Shown here piece by piece: positions 47,189-61,300 of a stretch of 64,000 nucleotides of DNA (its first letter is position 1; every line of letters begins with the position of its first letter). Both the position numbers and the translations under genes were made by a program. Source of the DNA: Bilabrum cf. latius (Eukaryota); the NCBI GenBank assembly GCA_965178125.1, contig OZ237737.1:1550001-1614000 (forward strand). The letters run 5' to 3'. Under the pieces are notes generated by a model. The model was not told the origin of the DNA. It did no database searches and was given only the letters and a program-made list of their open reading frames with translations.

Positions 47189-50100
47189 TTATAGCACTGG
47201 TGCTGGGGGCAGCATGCTCGACCGCCCCGCTTGTCCCTGCCCCTGCTGTTGCCCCAGCCCAGCACCCGCACCAGCACCAGCACCCCCACCCCTCGCACTG
47301 CCTTTCCGACTCGCCGTGCCGTCGCCCATGCGATTCGCATCTGCAACTGCCGACAGCCCAAATCGCCGACTTCCGTAGTTGGATCCCGCCGCAGACCCGG
47401 CGCTGCTGCTGGAGACCTGCTGCACCACGCCCCCGGTACCCAGCGAGAAGCCACCTCCGCGGGACGAAGAAGCACGGCTCCCAGCCCCCGGCTGGACCGA
47501 AGACTTCCCGGTGCCGCCGCTCCCGGGGAAGAACTGAGCGGCCTGGCTCATGGTGACGGCAGGACCTGCAGACCCACTTCCCGTGCCTCCATGAGCGCTG
47601 CTGGCACCGCCGCGGCTGCCACCGCTGCTGCTGAAGGCTCCATTGGAGCCTTTGCTGCTTGGGCCGTCTTGCACCGAGCTCTCCCGCTCGTCCTCCTCGA
47701 AATCGTCATCTTCCTCGTCGTGCGCCCCGCCCGGCTTGCTACCGCTCCCGGCGTGCGCTTCATCAAAGGCCGAGAAGTCCAGGTTGAGAGCCTTGTAGTG
47801 CGAGGTCAGCTTGGGCAGGATGGCCATCAGCCTCGAAGCACGGCCCCCGATGTTGGGGATGGAGCTGAGCTCCTGCAGGTTGCGGGGCGCGAACCGCGCG
47901 ATCGCGTTCCGAACTCGCGTGGGCGCCACGTTCTGCTGCAGGAGGGGCTTCTGCCCCGGCTTGCGCTTGCCGTTGAGCTCCTGCACGAGCTGGGAGATGG
48001 CCCCGTCCACGATGGTCTGCAGCACCGCCTCCAGGTGGGCGGGCACGCGACAGGGCACCTCGATCTCGTCCTCGTCGGCCCCCAGCGCGGCCTGGCTCGG
48101 CTGCAGCATCTCCTCGTCCTCGAGCAGGCCCAGCGCGGGGCCGTCGTCCGCACCACCCCCAGCCCCACGCTGTCGCTTGCGGCTGCCAGCGGGTGCCGCC
48201 CCGCCCGCGCTCCCAGCGCCCTGCATCTTCGCGAGCTTCCTGGCGCGCATGAGGGCGCTGTTCACGTCCATTGCGCTGCTCCCGTCGGGCCGAGGGGGCG
48301 GCTCGTACGAGTAGCGGCTGGCACGGGAAGTGTCTTTGCCAGCGGGCACCGGGGCGCCCGCCAGCGTTGACTGGGTCGTCTTCCTGGCGGGCCTCGCTGG
48401 ACCAGCACTGGCCCCCGAGGACGGCGGGCCGATGGATTCGTTCCCATGCCGCATGTGCGCGCTGCTACCGCCGCTGCTGCCGCCGCTCGAATCCAGGCTC
48501 ATGGCAGCGATGCCCCCGCCCAGGGCTGGTGGACCCGGGGGCGCGAAGCTGCCGGGTCCAGGCCCAGGTCGGGCTTGCTCCGTGGAGTCTAACGCATCCG
48601 CCAGCGCCTCCAGCTGAGCCGCCTCGTCCTCCTCAAAATCACCTGCCCCCGATGCCGCCTTGGACTGGGTACGCCTGCGCTTGGCCGCCTTGGCCTTGGT
48701 CTTGGACTGCAGTAGCCTGGGCGTGAACCTGCGCCTGCCCTCCAGCAGCCCCCTGACCGCCCGCCGCTCCCCGAGTGCCACGTACTGGTTGTAGTAGCCC
48801 GCCCCGTTGCGAGTCTGCTGCTCCCTCAGCAGCCCGTCCTAGAACAGCTGGTTGATTAGGCGCTCGGCGTCCGCCTTGGCGCGCACGACCGACTTAGCGC
48901 ACCCGTAGCACGGGTCGTGCGCCACCTCCGGCACCCGCTTAAGCACAGATGCAGAGAGGTTGCCCAAAACAACGTTGGCCAGCTGCTTGCGGGTGAACCG
49001 CTGGCCGAACTGCTCCAGTCCTCGCAGCAGCGTGGTGGCGAAGTCGGTGCAGTCAACGTTGTTGAACTCGTTGCCCCGCCTGCAGTTGTCGCAGGTCGAG
49101 TTGCAGAGCTCCTTCGAGAACGGCTCCCCGAAGTGCGCCAGCATCAGCTGCCTGCGGCACTGGAAATCGTTCTCGCAGAACTGCATCATCGTGTCCAGCT
49201 CCTGCATCTAGCGGCGGTACTCGCGGTCCCCAGGCCTGCTGGCCCTGTCGCTCACCATCATCTCGATCGTCTTCTTGTCGCGGTGCGAGTACAGCAGCAC
49301 GCAGTCGGCGGGCATGCCGTCTCGCCCCGCACGCCCCGACTCCTGGTAAAAATTGGTCACGCTCTTGGGCATTGCCGTGTGTACGACAAACCGCACGTCG
49401 GGCTTGTTCACGCCCATCCCGAAGCTGATCGTGGCGCAGATCACGCTGACGTCCCCGTTGCTCCACGCCGTCTGGTTGGCCTCCTTGACGGCCGTGTCAG
49501 AGATACCGGCGTGGTAGAAGGTGGCGAACCCCGAGCCCATCCTGTCGCAGAGCGCCTCGGCGTACCTCTCGCAGTCCTTCCTCGAGAGGCAGTACACGAT
49601 CCCCGACATCCGACGCTGCTTCTCGCAGAGCTTGATGATCAGGTCCACGGTGGACTTGAATGATCCGCGCTTGGCGACCTCGTACCGGAGGTTGGTTCGG
49701 TTGAAGCTCTGCGTGAAGATGCGCGGAGCCCGCATCCCGAGCGAGCCGACGACGTCGATCACCACCCTCTCCGTGGCAGTCGCAGTCAGCGCCATGATGG
49801 GCACGTCGTGGAAGCCCTCCTTCAGCTTGCCCAGAGCTGCGTAGTCCGGCCTGAAGTCATGGCCCCACTGCGATACGCAGTGCGCCTCGTCTACCACGAA
49901 GCGAGTCAGCTGGCCACGCCTGTGCAGAGCGCGCAGGATGGACCAGAAGCGACCCGACGCGGCGATCTTCTCCGGGGTCACGTAGAGAAGCCGCAGCGAG
50001 CAATCTGCGGACACCAGAGATGCCGTCACCAGGTCCCTCTCCTCGTTGGTCTGGTCCGAGTTGAGCGTGGCTGCCTCGACGTCCACGGCCTGGAGCTGCT

Positions 50101-51720
50101 GCACCTGGTCCTGCATGAGAGACAGCAAGGGAGACACCACCACCGTCACGCCGCCCTGTACCACGGCAGGCAGCTGGTAGCAGAGGCTCTTCCCGCCCCC
50201 CGTGGGCATCAGGCAGAACACGTCCCTGCCGCACAGTGCCGCCCTGACCACCTCCTCCTGCCGCCCGCGGAAGTTCCTGTGTCCGAAGGTCTCCTTCATC
50301 TGGTCTCGCACGTCCTCAAGGTCCATCGACCCCTCCTCGGCGCTGGGGCCAGACCCGTGTCCCTCGACCTGCGCCCGCGCCCGGCTCGCTGCATCCCCGC
50401 TGGGAGCACCAGCAGCAGCACCAGCAGCAGCAGCAGCCGCTAGATCCATGGGTGCCGCCGATGCCGAGGCTAAGCTGCGACGCGAGGCAGCAGCAGGAGA
50501 CCGCACCCGTTGGCCGCCTGACGAGTATGCGGATGAGGACGACGACGGTGCGGGAGCTCCACTCACCCGCCCGCTCGCCACCGCCACCGGGGCTAGAGCC
50601 AAGCTGCCGCCCGACACGCTCGCAGCTGGGCCGGACCCGTGCGAGAAGGAGCCACGATGCGGCTGGGCTTGCGCGCCGTGGGGCCCAGCGCGACCACTTC
50701 CCGACCTTTGGGACCCACTATTCTATGACCCTCCCTGCCATGCAGAACCTCGTTGTTCCCCAGAGGAGTGGGAAGGGCCCCAGCTGCTGCCTGACTGCGT
50801 GCCGGCCACGCCCCTGTCTCTGCCCTGCCACCCCGGGCCATCTCCGTGCCGTGCAGTGGCAGCTGCTGCCGGGCTGCTTCCCTCCACGAGTGCACCCGAT
50901 TCTCTGGCTGCCCGCCGCTTCAGCGCCTCCAGCTTGCGGCGCGTGGCCTCCACCTGCTTGGTCACCTGCGCGTTGCGCTGGCCCAGCTCTGATATGTCCG
51001 CCCCGCTGGCCATCGCGCTGACGACTTGCTCCTGCAGGGACGATCGCAGGCCGGTGAGACGGTCCAGCTCTTTCTGTGCGCATGCAATGGCTTGGGCGGG
51101 GCCTGTGCCGGTGGGCCGCGCACGAGACGAGCCCGTGCTTGGCCCGCTGGATGATAGGTGGGCAGGCGGTGCGCGGTTCCCGGCCGCAATGGCAGCATCA
51201 CTACTAGTATCATCGTCATCTATGAGAGCTGCAAGGTCTTCCATCGGTATATCAATGGAGCTTGAGTGTGCCGGGCGGTGAACCGCTCCAGACCTGCGCT
51301 GAGATCCAGACGCTGCAGTCGCCGAGGCATCATAGCTCGGGCGCGGAGCAGCTGGTAGTTGTGGTGGCACTGGATTAGCAGATCCGGCAGAATGCTGCTG
51401 GGGCTTTGGCTGCCGCGCAAGCTTGTCGGGGAAGTGCCGCCTGATTCCTGACTGTGCTTGGCGTCCAGCAGCGAACGACTTCAGGATGCCGAATGAAGCT
51501 AGAGGAGCGGCACATTTACTATTGTATACTGCTATGTCCAATCTACGATGATATTGATACAAAGGCCTCGCATTCCTTGCAAAATACAGCTCGATGAATT
51601 CGAATTAAACCACTCCATTTCGGTGCACTATTCTCACGTCTACGCTCGGTCTTTTACAAACTAGAACGACTGCAACTACGCCTAAGACAAATTATCGTCT
51701 ACCCACTGCCTATGCTGCTG
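47189..51720 (-). CDS. RECQ: RecQ (BLM/Sgs1-like) DNA helicase with RQC and HRDC domains; at least 3 in-frame TAG; ends TAA; 5' end unresolved
   Basis: MPTGGGKSLCYQLP, VDEAHCVSQWGHDFRPDY, YQESGRAGRDG, Zn-binding CRR..HFGE..C..CDNC and an HRDC-like PRNLQELSSIPNIG. TAGs at 50723, 49208 and 48839. Tentative upstream mini-exon ~51638-51720 (QHRQWVDDNLS*A*LQSF*FVKDRA*). Confidence 0.9.
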
Positions 51721-52331
51721 CATGCATCCGTGAGATTAGCGCCGGACAAACTGCCAAACTTGTGCTCGGTTTCGGCCCCACTCAGTCGCCGTGCGATGAC
51801 GAGTGCGTCCAGACAGAGTGGTGTGTGTGCAGTGCGGCCTGGTGGCTCAGTGGGGATCCACGTAATGCTGTCACCACTGGTGGTGGCGCGGTACCCGCCG
51901 TACAGGAGCCCTGAGCATGCATGGGCGAGGCAAGAGGCGAGTACAGTGCCTCTAGAAGCTCAGGGTGGCTGTCGGAATCGCCTTGCGCAAGCTGTCGCTC
52001 TGGTGACTTGCAGCTCGACGCGCGGGATGTGTTGGTTCTGACAGCTGCCATGTTGACTGCCAGGGGGAGGTTGCGCATAAATGGTAAGGTCGTGTTGCCA
52101 AGTAGCAGAGCGGGGTATGGCGACCGCCCGTCAATCCACTGGCAGCGACCAGAGACCACAGTGGCCACGCGACCGTATCCGGCACGAGGTTCCGCAAAAA
52201 TTGCGCGGCACGACGTTCCGTTGAATGCAGGACCCGGCCTTACAATAAACAAACAAATATTCCCTTCGTGATAATTCTTGGGATTACGTAAAGTTAGTAG
52301 CTTTGTCTGGCGTTGACGTGTTGCAGTAAGG

Positions 52332-55300
52332 ATGGCGTCCCCATCCGGTCGAGCAGGGGGGGATCTCCATCTCGGTGCGCCAACCGCGAAGTTGTCTTCC
52401 ACTGCGAGTCGTATCCGAAGACGATCGATCATCCGCGGCGACAACTTGGAGAGTAAGCGTGAGGCTGCGCAGCTCGCTGGTGGCGGGAAGCTGTCAGGCA
52501 TGGGCAGGCACAAACGAGATGCCCGTGGTCGACGGCAGTCACTTGCCGCCGAGGAAATGCGGGACCTGTTTGACGACTATCAGTCAAAAGAAGCGAGAAA
52601 TACTCTGCTAGGACACTTGAAGTGAGCAATGCAGAGGCTCAGACGTCAAATCATAAACACAGAGCTTCCAAGCGTCTCAACCGTCATGGTGCCGTTGATA
52701 GTATCGATTTGCTTGCATGGTCCGTTCCAAACCTGTCCCGTCTTTCGCAGAGTACTTCGGCAAAAAACCAGGCCGAATGAGACGGAAGAGTACACCGTTG
52801 CTAGCATCACAAAGAGGGACCTCCAGCAGCTTGCCCTGTACTGGAAGCTCCCAAACTAGCAGAAGGGGTTCTGGGCCGACAACACAAAAGAGGAGCAACT
52901 ATTGATGACGCTATACAGACACGCGCGCAAGATGGCACCTGCCCATGCCGTCGTTCAGCAGCAGCAAGAGGATCAAAATGCCGATGATGCTGGTGCAGCC
53001 GGGGGCATGCCCGGTCGCCGGGGGAGGCGCTCTAGCCTGCTTGGTCGCAGAGGGGAGGCGGAGGCTCTGGAATCGCGGCTTCGCTCCACCGCCCGCAAGG
53101 ACTGGCGCGGCCGCCTGGCCGAAGCAAAGGAGGAGGAGGCAAGCAGGAGGAAGGAGGACAGGGCCAGGGCGGCAGCGGAGATGATGGGCACCTCGAAAGA
53201 GGCGGCGGCGGCGGGGCTGGAAGGAGCCACGGGGCTGAGTAGGAGGTCCAGGGAACTAGAGGGGCAGCAGCTTCCCGAGGAAGTGACTCCAGGGGCCCGC
53301 GAGGGCCGCCTCGGCGCCCGGATGGCCTTCTCTCCCTCGGGCAAGGTGGTGGAGGAGCAGCCCCTCGGGCGGGATCCCTTCGGGCAGTACTTCCTGGGGT
53401 CTCTCTCGCTCTCCAGGACGGCCTTTGCGGGCAAGGCGGCCGACATGCGGGTGGGGGACGAGGACGAGGGCGGGCAGCAGGCGGGGCAGGACGAGGAGGG
53501 GGACGGGGACGGCAGCACACAGTCCAGCGAGCCCACGGATGAGGCCGCGGAGGCCTTCAAGGCACTTCGCCTGTCCAGCACCGCGACTCTCGCCGGCCTA
53601 ACGAGGCAGCCGTCCCTCCGTTAGGAAGTGGCTCGGTCCTCCCGGGCCCTGCAGACCCTCTTCGACACGTGGCACAAGAGCGAGGACCAGGAGGTCAGGA
53701 GGAACTGCGCGCTGGCTCTCGCGAGGGTGCACGCGCAGTACCCCATGAAACACGACGACGCGGTCCTGCCCGTGCTGGGTCTGTGCGTGGCCGAGAACGG
53801 CGCGGGGGTCATGATGTCGGCCATGCGCGCTCTGCGACTGCGGCTCTCGGACAGCACTCGGGCCCTGGACCTGATCTTCCTGCCGGGCATCCTCGCCGCC
53901 GTGCAGTCCGTGGTGAATTTCCAGGAGACCACGCTGCGGCTGCGACAGGCCTGCGCCGAGGTGCTCTACCTGGCCCTCCAGCACTCGGCCGACACCCGGA
54001 TCGGAGACATGGACTCGGAGGGGAGGACCCCGTCCTCCACGGCTGGCAGGGGCAGGCTGCCTTCCACCACGGTGGGATCCGCGGGGGGACACAGGGGGCA
54101 GGGGCCTTCCCCCCGTGTGCTGGCAGCAGACAGCGCCGGTGGAGAGGACGGGTCCCCCGGGAATCCCCCGTCCACCACTCGCATTTCACACAAGGACAGG
54201 CACAGGATATTGAGGGTTACCAGCATGCGGCTGTCCTCACCGCAGCAGCAGGGGGCCAAAGGTCCCACCCCCGGTGGACCCGGGTCTGCCAACAGCGCTC
54301 AAGGCGGTGGCGGCTCTGCCCCTGTCTTCGGCAGCATGGGCGGGGACGGGCCTTACGTGGCCTGCCGCATCGCGATGGACAACGGCCTGCTGGCCATCGT
54401 GACCCGGCTGATCCGATCCCCGCCACCCACCGAGGGCCCTGCCGGGTCCGTGGTGCTGCGCGCCCGGCGCGCCTTGGACGCCATCGCCAAGTACAAGCAG
54501 ACCAGAGCCGACCTGGAGAGGCAGCTTCGGCGGGTGACCAGGGTGATCCGCAAGAGGCAAAGAGAGCAGGAGGAGGAGGGCGGCAGCAAGGGCAAGCAGA
54601 GGAGGCGCGGGAGCAGGAGCCGGCGGGCGTTCGGCGGGGCCTCCGATGGCGAGTCCAAGACGGCCTCTGGCTCGCAGCAGTCCCAGTCTCAGGCCATGGA
54701 TGGGGAGGATCTGCACTAGGGCAGCGGCGGGGCAGGGCTGGAGGTAGGGTCTAAGGCCTCCATCGGCAGCGCGGCGGGAGCCACCAGCCCGGTTAGTGAG
54801 GCTGGCAGCAGCAGCAGTAGCAGCAGGTACGATGGGATGACGCTGATGGAAGCTCAGGCCGAAGCTGACCGCATCGAGGTGGAGCTGGAGGACCTAGGTG
54901 ACGAGGAACCCGTGAACCCGACCTCTTTGGACGAGGATGCGCTGGAGGAGCTGGGGTCCGAGGGCGGCGAGGAGGAGGACGACGCGATGAGGGAGGCGTG
55001 CACACACGTGCTCGTGATGATCGCGCAGGTGCCGGGGGCCGTGGTGGGCGTGGCGGACGGCGACAGTGACGACGACATGAGCCGAGAGAGTCGTCCGTAG
55101 GAAGACGAGGGCGGCGTGCTTGCCCTCCTGCTGTCTCTGCTGGACGCAAGGAGCACCACCACCCGAGACATCGCGGCCTCGGTCATGTTCGGCCTCGCTG
55201 CCTCGGATGGACCCGTGTCTCGAGCCATCCAGCGGAGGGACGGCATTTCCAGGCGGCTGGTGCACATCGCGGTGGAGCAAGGCATGCGGTATTGCCGCGA

Positions 55301-58300
55301 GACGGGACGCGACCCCATGGACGTGATGGAGCGCGGGACGGTGGCTGCCAACTCATTCCATTTCGGACATGCCGCGGGGGAGGCGGGTGTCAGCAGCCTG
55401 GACCACGAGCTGGGGGAGGGCATGGAGCACGTGGTGGAAGAGGGATCCAAGGGGCAGTCGTCCACCGAGGGAGGCACCGGCAGCATCGGCGGCCGTCCTT
55501 CCACCGAACTGGACGATGATCTGCTGGAGGGACAGCGGCCCAAGCGGCACCGCTCCAGGCCGACCCCCATCGACGCGAAGCAGAGGGACCACGAGAGGCA
55601 CGCGCCCCTGCAGAAACAGGGCCTTGCCATGGGCCGTGCCGTGACTGCCGCGATGCTTCGGCTGTCACGGCAGCCGTCTCTGGTGCCCATGATGGTGCGG
55701 GCGGGGGCGGGCAAGGCGCTCAAGCTCTGGTTCGAGTGCGGAGACACGGTCATCCGCAGGCGTGCGCTGCTTGGGCTGACCACCCTCTTCGAGTCGGGGG
55801 AGCAGCAGCGGCCAGCACTCCTGGAGCTGGGATTCGTGCGCGTCATGATCGACATGGTGCGGGACGCCTACGGCAAGTACGCCACGGCCGTGTCTCAGCA
55901 GGCGCTGCAGGACGCCGAGGCGCTGTCCACGCGTGCATCGTCTTCGACAAGCAAGCGGCCCTTTGGGTCCAGAATCGAGCAGCAGAGCTAGCGGCCGCTC
56001 GGGGATGCACTGGGCGGAAATGGCCAGGGGCAAGGAGGGACGACAGCCCCGAGCCCCAACGCCGAGGCCGAGGCCCGCTCCCCCACCGACCCAATGGAGG
56101 CAGTGGGAAAGCAGGTGCTCGAGGGCGAGAAGAAAGCGCTGGCATCGATCGACAGGGAACTAGTGGCGGACCCGCTGCTCAGGCGGGCCTTTGACGCCGC
56201 GGCCGGCGCCCACCACGCCGCCGTGCATGACGAGCCTCCTGGGCTCGCCGCTGCTGCCGCGGGGTCTCGCAGCCCCACGCTGGAGCTGGCCTCGGGCGCC
56301 GCCCCGGCCCGCCGGCGGGAGGCCAGAGACGAGTCGAAGTCGCTGTCAGCCGGGCAGCACGCCATCCTGCACCTCCTGGGCCGACCCGAGGGACAGGACG
56401 GGCAGGACCCGTTCAGTGACCAGAAGCCTGACACGAGCGCGGCGAAGCGTCTGTCTTCCATCATGCGCCGGGTGAAGGAGGCAGGCGGCAAGAAGGAGGG
56501 CGGGGACAGCGCGCGGGACTCTCTCCAAGACTCCTCCGTGTCGTCGCTGGGCCTCGAGGTGGGAGGGCCCGCGTCTGCCTCTGCTTCATCCTCCCGACAA
56601 GGCCCCAAGAGCGCAAAGCCTGGCCTTGCGAGCCTTAGCAGCGGTGGGGCTGCGGGCGGGGACACGGCCCGCAGCGTGTTTGAGGAGGCTTCCGCAGCGC
56701 TGGATGCGAACGACCCCGGCCTGGGGATGGCACTGGCTGGGCACGGGTCTGCCTCGAAGCGCATCAGTCTTGACGAGGTGAACGACAGGTGTGCGCAGGC
56801 GATCTGTGGGCTCTCCGATGCGGGACCTGACGTGGCCATGCACCTGCTGTGGCAGGGTGTGGCCGAGGCGCTGGTGCTGCTGGCTCGGGGGTCCTCCTCG
56901 AGGGCTCGGCGGGACAGCCTGCGTGCCATGAGGAACCTCTGCTCCTTCCCGGACCCTGTGCAGCCAGTGGAAGAGGGCCTCGGCGGGGGCTCGTCTACCG
57001 GTCTGGGTGGGGAAAGGATGGCATGCGGTGCCCGTGCCGCAGACACGGTCCGTCGCACGGCCCTCTCTGCCCTGCTGCACCAGGACGCTGTGCCGCTGCT
57101 GGTCAGGGCCGTGTACGCGGCCGCGCTCACGCCGGGTGAGGCCAAGCGACAGCCGAAGCTGCCCCAGGTGCGAGGATCCGGCGGTTCTAGTGGTGCCGGC
57201 GGCGCGACGTTCATGGGAATGCACATCGCGAACAGGTCCGAGGTGATGGCCTCGCTGATGGGGCAGGTGGCGGACGCCGCTGACCATTTGGCCGATGAAG
57301 AGACCAGGCGCAGCGTTGTGTCCGATGGTGTGTTCGTGCTGGCCTGCATGGCCGGTGCCCCGGAGGCGCACGCCGCAATGCTGCGCGTGGGCTCGGGCTA
57401 CTCGATGGAGCTAGAGGAGCGGTCCGCTGCCCTGCTGTCGGGGGATGCATCGGCTCGATCTCCTCTCGCGTGGGAGACCTCTCTGCAGAACAGGCTCGAG
57501 GCCACGCTGGACGAGCTTGACGGGAACCAGGCAGGGGAGGACAAGGATAATGGGGGAGGCAAGGCAGGAGGGCAAGCCGCCGATGCTAGCGGAGAGATGC
57601 CCGGCGGCATATCCTCCACAGAGACTGCTCTGACGGGGGATCGGCGAGGCGATATCAGGCAGCTGGCCGCTCGCCTCCTGCGGCTGAGAAGAGAGAGATT
57701 GCTGCGGCAAGCATGCGGGAAAGCCATAGTGCTCGCCGGAACGCTTGAGACGCTTCTGCTGGTGGCCACGAGGAAATCGGACGAGCGAGCTCGGTGCATC
57801 GGAGCCGTGTGCGAGCTGTCCGTGCACGCGTCCTCCCACGCGCACCTGATGCACCACGGCCTGCTGCCCCTCTTGGCAGCATACGCGCGGGCCGTTGACT
57901 CCACGCTGCGGTATGAGTGCGTGCAGGCTGCCTACAACCTGACGGTGGTGGCGCACGGAGGGGCCGTGCCGCTGCGTGAGGACGATGATGCCATCGCTGA
58001 GGCGGCCGGCAAGGGGGCGGGCGGGGACGGAAAGGGCCCACGAAGCGGTGGCAGTGCCGTGGCTGGCATTTCCTACGGTGCTCTGTCCATGTCGCCCGGT
58101 TCCTCTCGAGAGGAGCAGATGGTGGTGGCAGGCGTTGCCTCTGCACTCACCATCGGCTCTTTGTTCCGTTCGGATGACCCCGTCATCATGGACCTGTCGT
58201 GTCTGGCGCTGCTCAACCTGGCCTACTGCCCGCGTGCGAGGCACAGACTGCTGGAGGAAGGGGTTCTCTGGGCGATGGTGAAACTCGGCGCGGACGGACG

Positions 58301-61300
58301 CACCGAAGCGGAGCGAGCGCAGGAGGACGACGCCGAGCAGCGGGTCATGGCGGTCGCTAGGTCGAGGCACGCCTCCAACGCAGGCTCCAGCAGCCCCAAT
58401 TCCGACGTGGTCGGGATCCGAGGCGCTAGCCCTTCCAGCACAGGATCTCAAGAGGGCGGACCAGACGGCCGCGAGCAGCCCGATCGCTTCGTGTCCGGTG
58501 GTGGGCGAGGTAATGGTGCCGGTCAAGGAGGGGACCGGCAGGGCAAGCCCAAGCGGGGCCACTCCTTGCTGCAGTCTCCGCACGGCATCATCAGCCGCCG
58601 CCGGTCGGTCCGCACCCTTAAGGCCGGCCCCAACAGCAAGGGAACCGCAGCCTCCAGCCGGAAGGGAAGCCCGCTCAGGCAGCCCGGGCAGTCCCCCATG
58701 AACCCCGCGGTGATCACGCTGCAGGAGGGGGGCGACCCGCGGGCCGGTGTCTCTCCACCACCCGAGCACGCCTTCGATTTCGCTTCGCTTGAAGGCGCCG
58801 GGAGCGATTACGCAGGTTCTCCCATGTCGAAGTCTGAGACAGCGGCACGAGAGGTCATGGGCGAGAGCACAACGGCCTCGGAGGCGCTCCGGCTGCTGGC
58901 GGCGGACCCGTTCGCGAGGACGCACGACCGGCAGCTCACGTGCACCCGCTTCCTTCGCGCCCTCGCTGCGTCTGGCTCCTTGGAAAGGAAGGCACTGTCG
59001 GACAAGCGCACGCTGGACGCCATCGTTGCCTTTGCCACCTCTCCTCACCCGCTGGTGCGCGTGGATGCAGGCATCATCGTCTCGGAGCTGGCACGGGACT
59101 CGGCCGTGGCGGGGCTGGCCGTGCGGCGAGGCGCGGTGGCGGCTGTCTGGGAGCTCATGCTGCAGCCAGACCTGCCGTGCGCCGTGCGGGCTGCCGCCGC
59201 GCTGCTACGGATGTGCTGCCAGCCGAGCGCAGCCCTCGCCATCGCCACGACGGGGAACACGGCAGTGCCGCTGCTCACGTCATTCTTCTCGTACGCGGAC
59301 AGGCTGCTTCGAAGGGGTGCCGACCACGGCGCGCTGGCGAGAGGAGAGACGGGCACGGTCAGCACGCCCCAGGCAGCGGGCAAGCGCACGGCCCCGCAGC
59401 CATTCGCTCCCGCGCCGGTGATGCTGGCAGAGGCGCCTAGGGGCAGCTCCCAGCGGTCCATGGACGCAGAAAGCCCCACCCAGGGAACAGGCAGACTAAG
59501 CCCCACCAGGCCGCGGTCCCGCGCCGCCTCGGTGGCCAGCGGGGCGCATCACCTGGCGGAGGCGGCGGCAGATGACCGCGTCACTGCGGAGGATGCGCAG
59601 GCCCTTGCCATCGCTGCGGCAGTTGACCCCGCGGCAGCCGCCACCGAGGCCACCATGCTCTTCGGGCGGCACGTGGGCGTGGGCGGGGGCGGCTGCCTCC
59701 CCGGGGAGGCACGGGCCTTCCGGGACAAGCAGTACCGGAGGGTGCGCGCCCGTCGGATGGTGACCCGGCTAGTCGTCACTGCGGCCCGCTCGCTTGCCCT
59801 GCTGTCTGCCGTGCGCAGCGAGCGGAACCAGATGACCTCTCACGGGGCCCTTGAGCTTGTGGCCCGACTGTGCGTGCTGGCCGAGTCTGCGGGCAGCTCG
59901 TGGGACCGTGAGGATGACGTGCTGCGGCTGGAGGGTGACCAGGCCGCGGATGACGAGTGGAGGGCAAGGCAACTGAGGGAACACCCCGTTTCCTCTTCTT
60001 CTTTTTCTTCTTCTGCTGCTGGCTCTGGCTCTGGCTCTGTCTCGAGCAGCCGGCCGTTCCGCACCACGAGCGGGGGCGGGGGTGCTGCATAGGGCACCCT
60101 GCAGTCCCCTCCCAACACCGCGCGGGTGTTGGAGGGGGATGAAGCCGAGCCCGAGGGAGCCGGGCGCTGGCAGGGCATCTTGCGGGGCATGGGCAGGGAG
60201 CCGCCGACCCTGTGGAGGGACTGGGCCTCAAGCGTGGAAGACGAGGGGGTACACGTCAGGGGGTCGGGCACGGAGTCGCCTGCGCCCGCTACCAACGGAC
60301 AGCTGCCCCCGCGGCCCCGCGTGGTTGCAACCCGTAGAGGTTCCGCAGAGATGCTCTCGTTGCGCGGCGCCGGTCCCGAGGCTGACTGGGTGGGTGGGTA
60401 CAGCAGCGCGCACAACTCGCTTCGGCTGGCGGCAGGCGGCCTGGCGAGCCTCTGTGACACGGTCAGGTCGATGCCCTCCGCCTCGGTGCGGGGGCAGGAC
60501 GCCAAGGGAGAGGCATCGGGGCGCAAGCGGCGGGTCACCACCGGTGACCTGGGCGAGACCGTGGCCCCCCCTGCGGTTGCAGACGAGGAGGTCATGGGCC
60601 CCGCGGGGCAGAGAGCGGGCCGGCTGGCGAGCGTGCGGCGGCTGCTGACCGACTCGGCCGTGTCCTCGGCTCTCAACCTGGTCGCGGACCCAGAGAGGCT
60701 GCACGCGGCACCCACTGATGCCGCCCTCCCCGACTGGCTGGGCGGTGCCTCGACTGCCCTCGAGGCCACCACACCGGGTGTGGCGCTGCTCCTGGTGCGC
60801 TCCCTCCTTAGGGTGGCCCTAGGGTCGGACGCGCCGGAGATGTGCGCTGAAGTGGCCTCGGCCGGGAGGCTCTACGGGCAGGCTATCGTGCACGGCCGTG
60901 GGTCGCTCCGGAGCTTCGAGGAAGGCAGGGCGTCCGCGCCGAGCACAGTTGTGGCTGTGGCCGTGTCTCTCTCCAGCGACCCCCGCCTCGCCCGCGCGCT
61001 GCACTCGGTGGACGTGCTGGACGCGCTGTCCTGCATCGCGTCACTGCCAGCCACTGCCGTGGCGCCGGTGGTGCGAGAGGGCGCATGCACCGCCTTGGCC
61101 CAGATCGTGTGCGCGGCACCTTCCAAGCCGCTGCCGTCCGCCACGCTGACCCGCGTGTCCTGCGTGCTGGCGGCCTCCTGCGAGCGTTGGATCCTGAGGC
61201 CCCCATAGCCTGCATTCCTGCAGAGCGTGCTGTCGCCCGAGCCTGCCGCGATGCCTTCCCCATCCCCGCCCAAGCGCCCCGCCGCACCTGGCAGCACCGC

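Noticed and set aside
5069-51562. Interpreting the TAG-interrupted genes as pseudogenes or sequencing errors
   Set aside because: Only TAG interrupts the frames, never TAA, TGA or frameshifts. Catalytic motifs are intact and most genes are affected.
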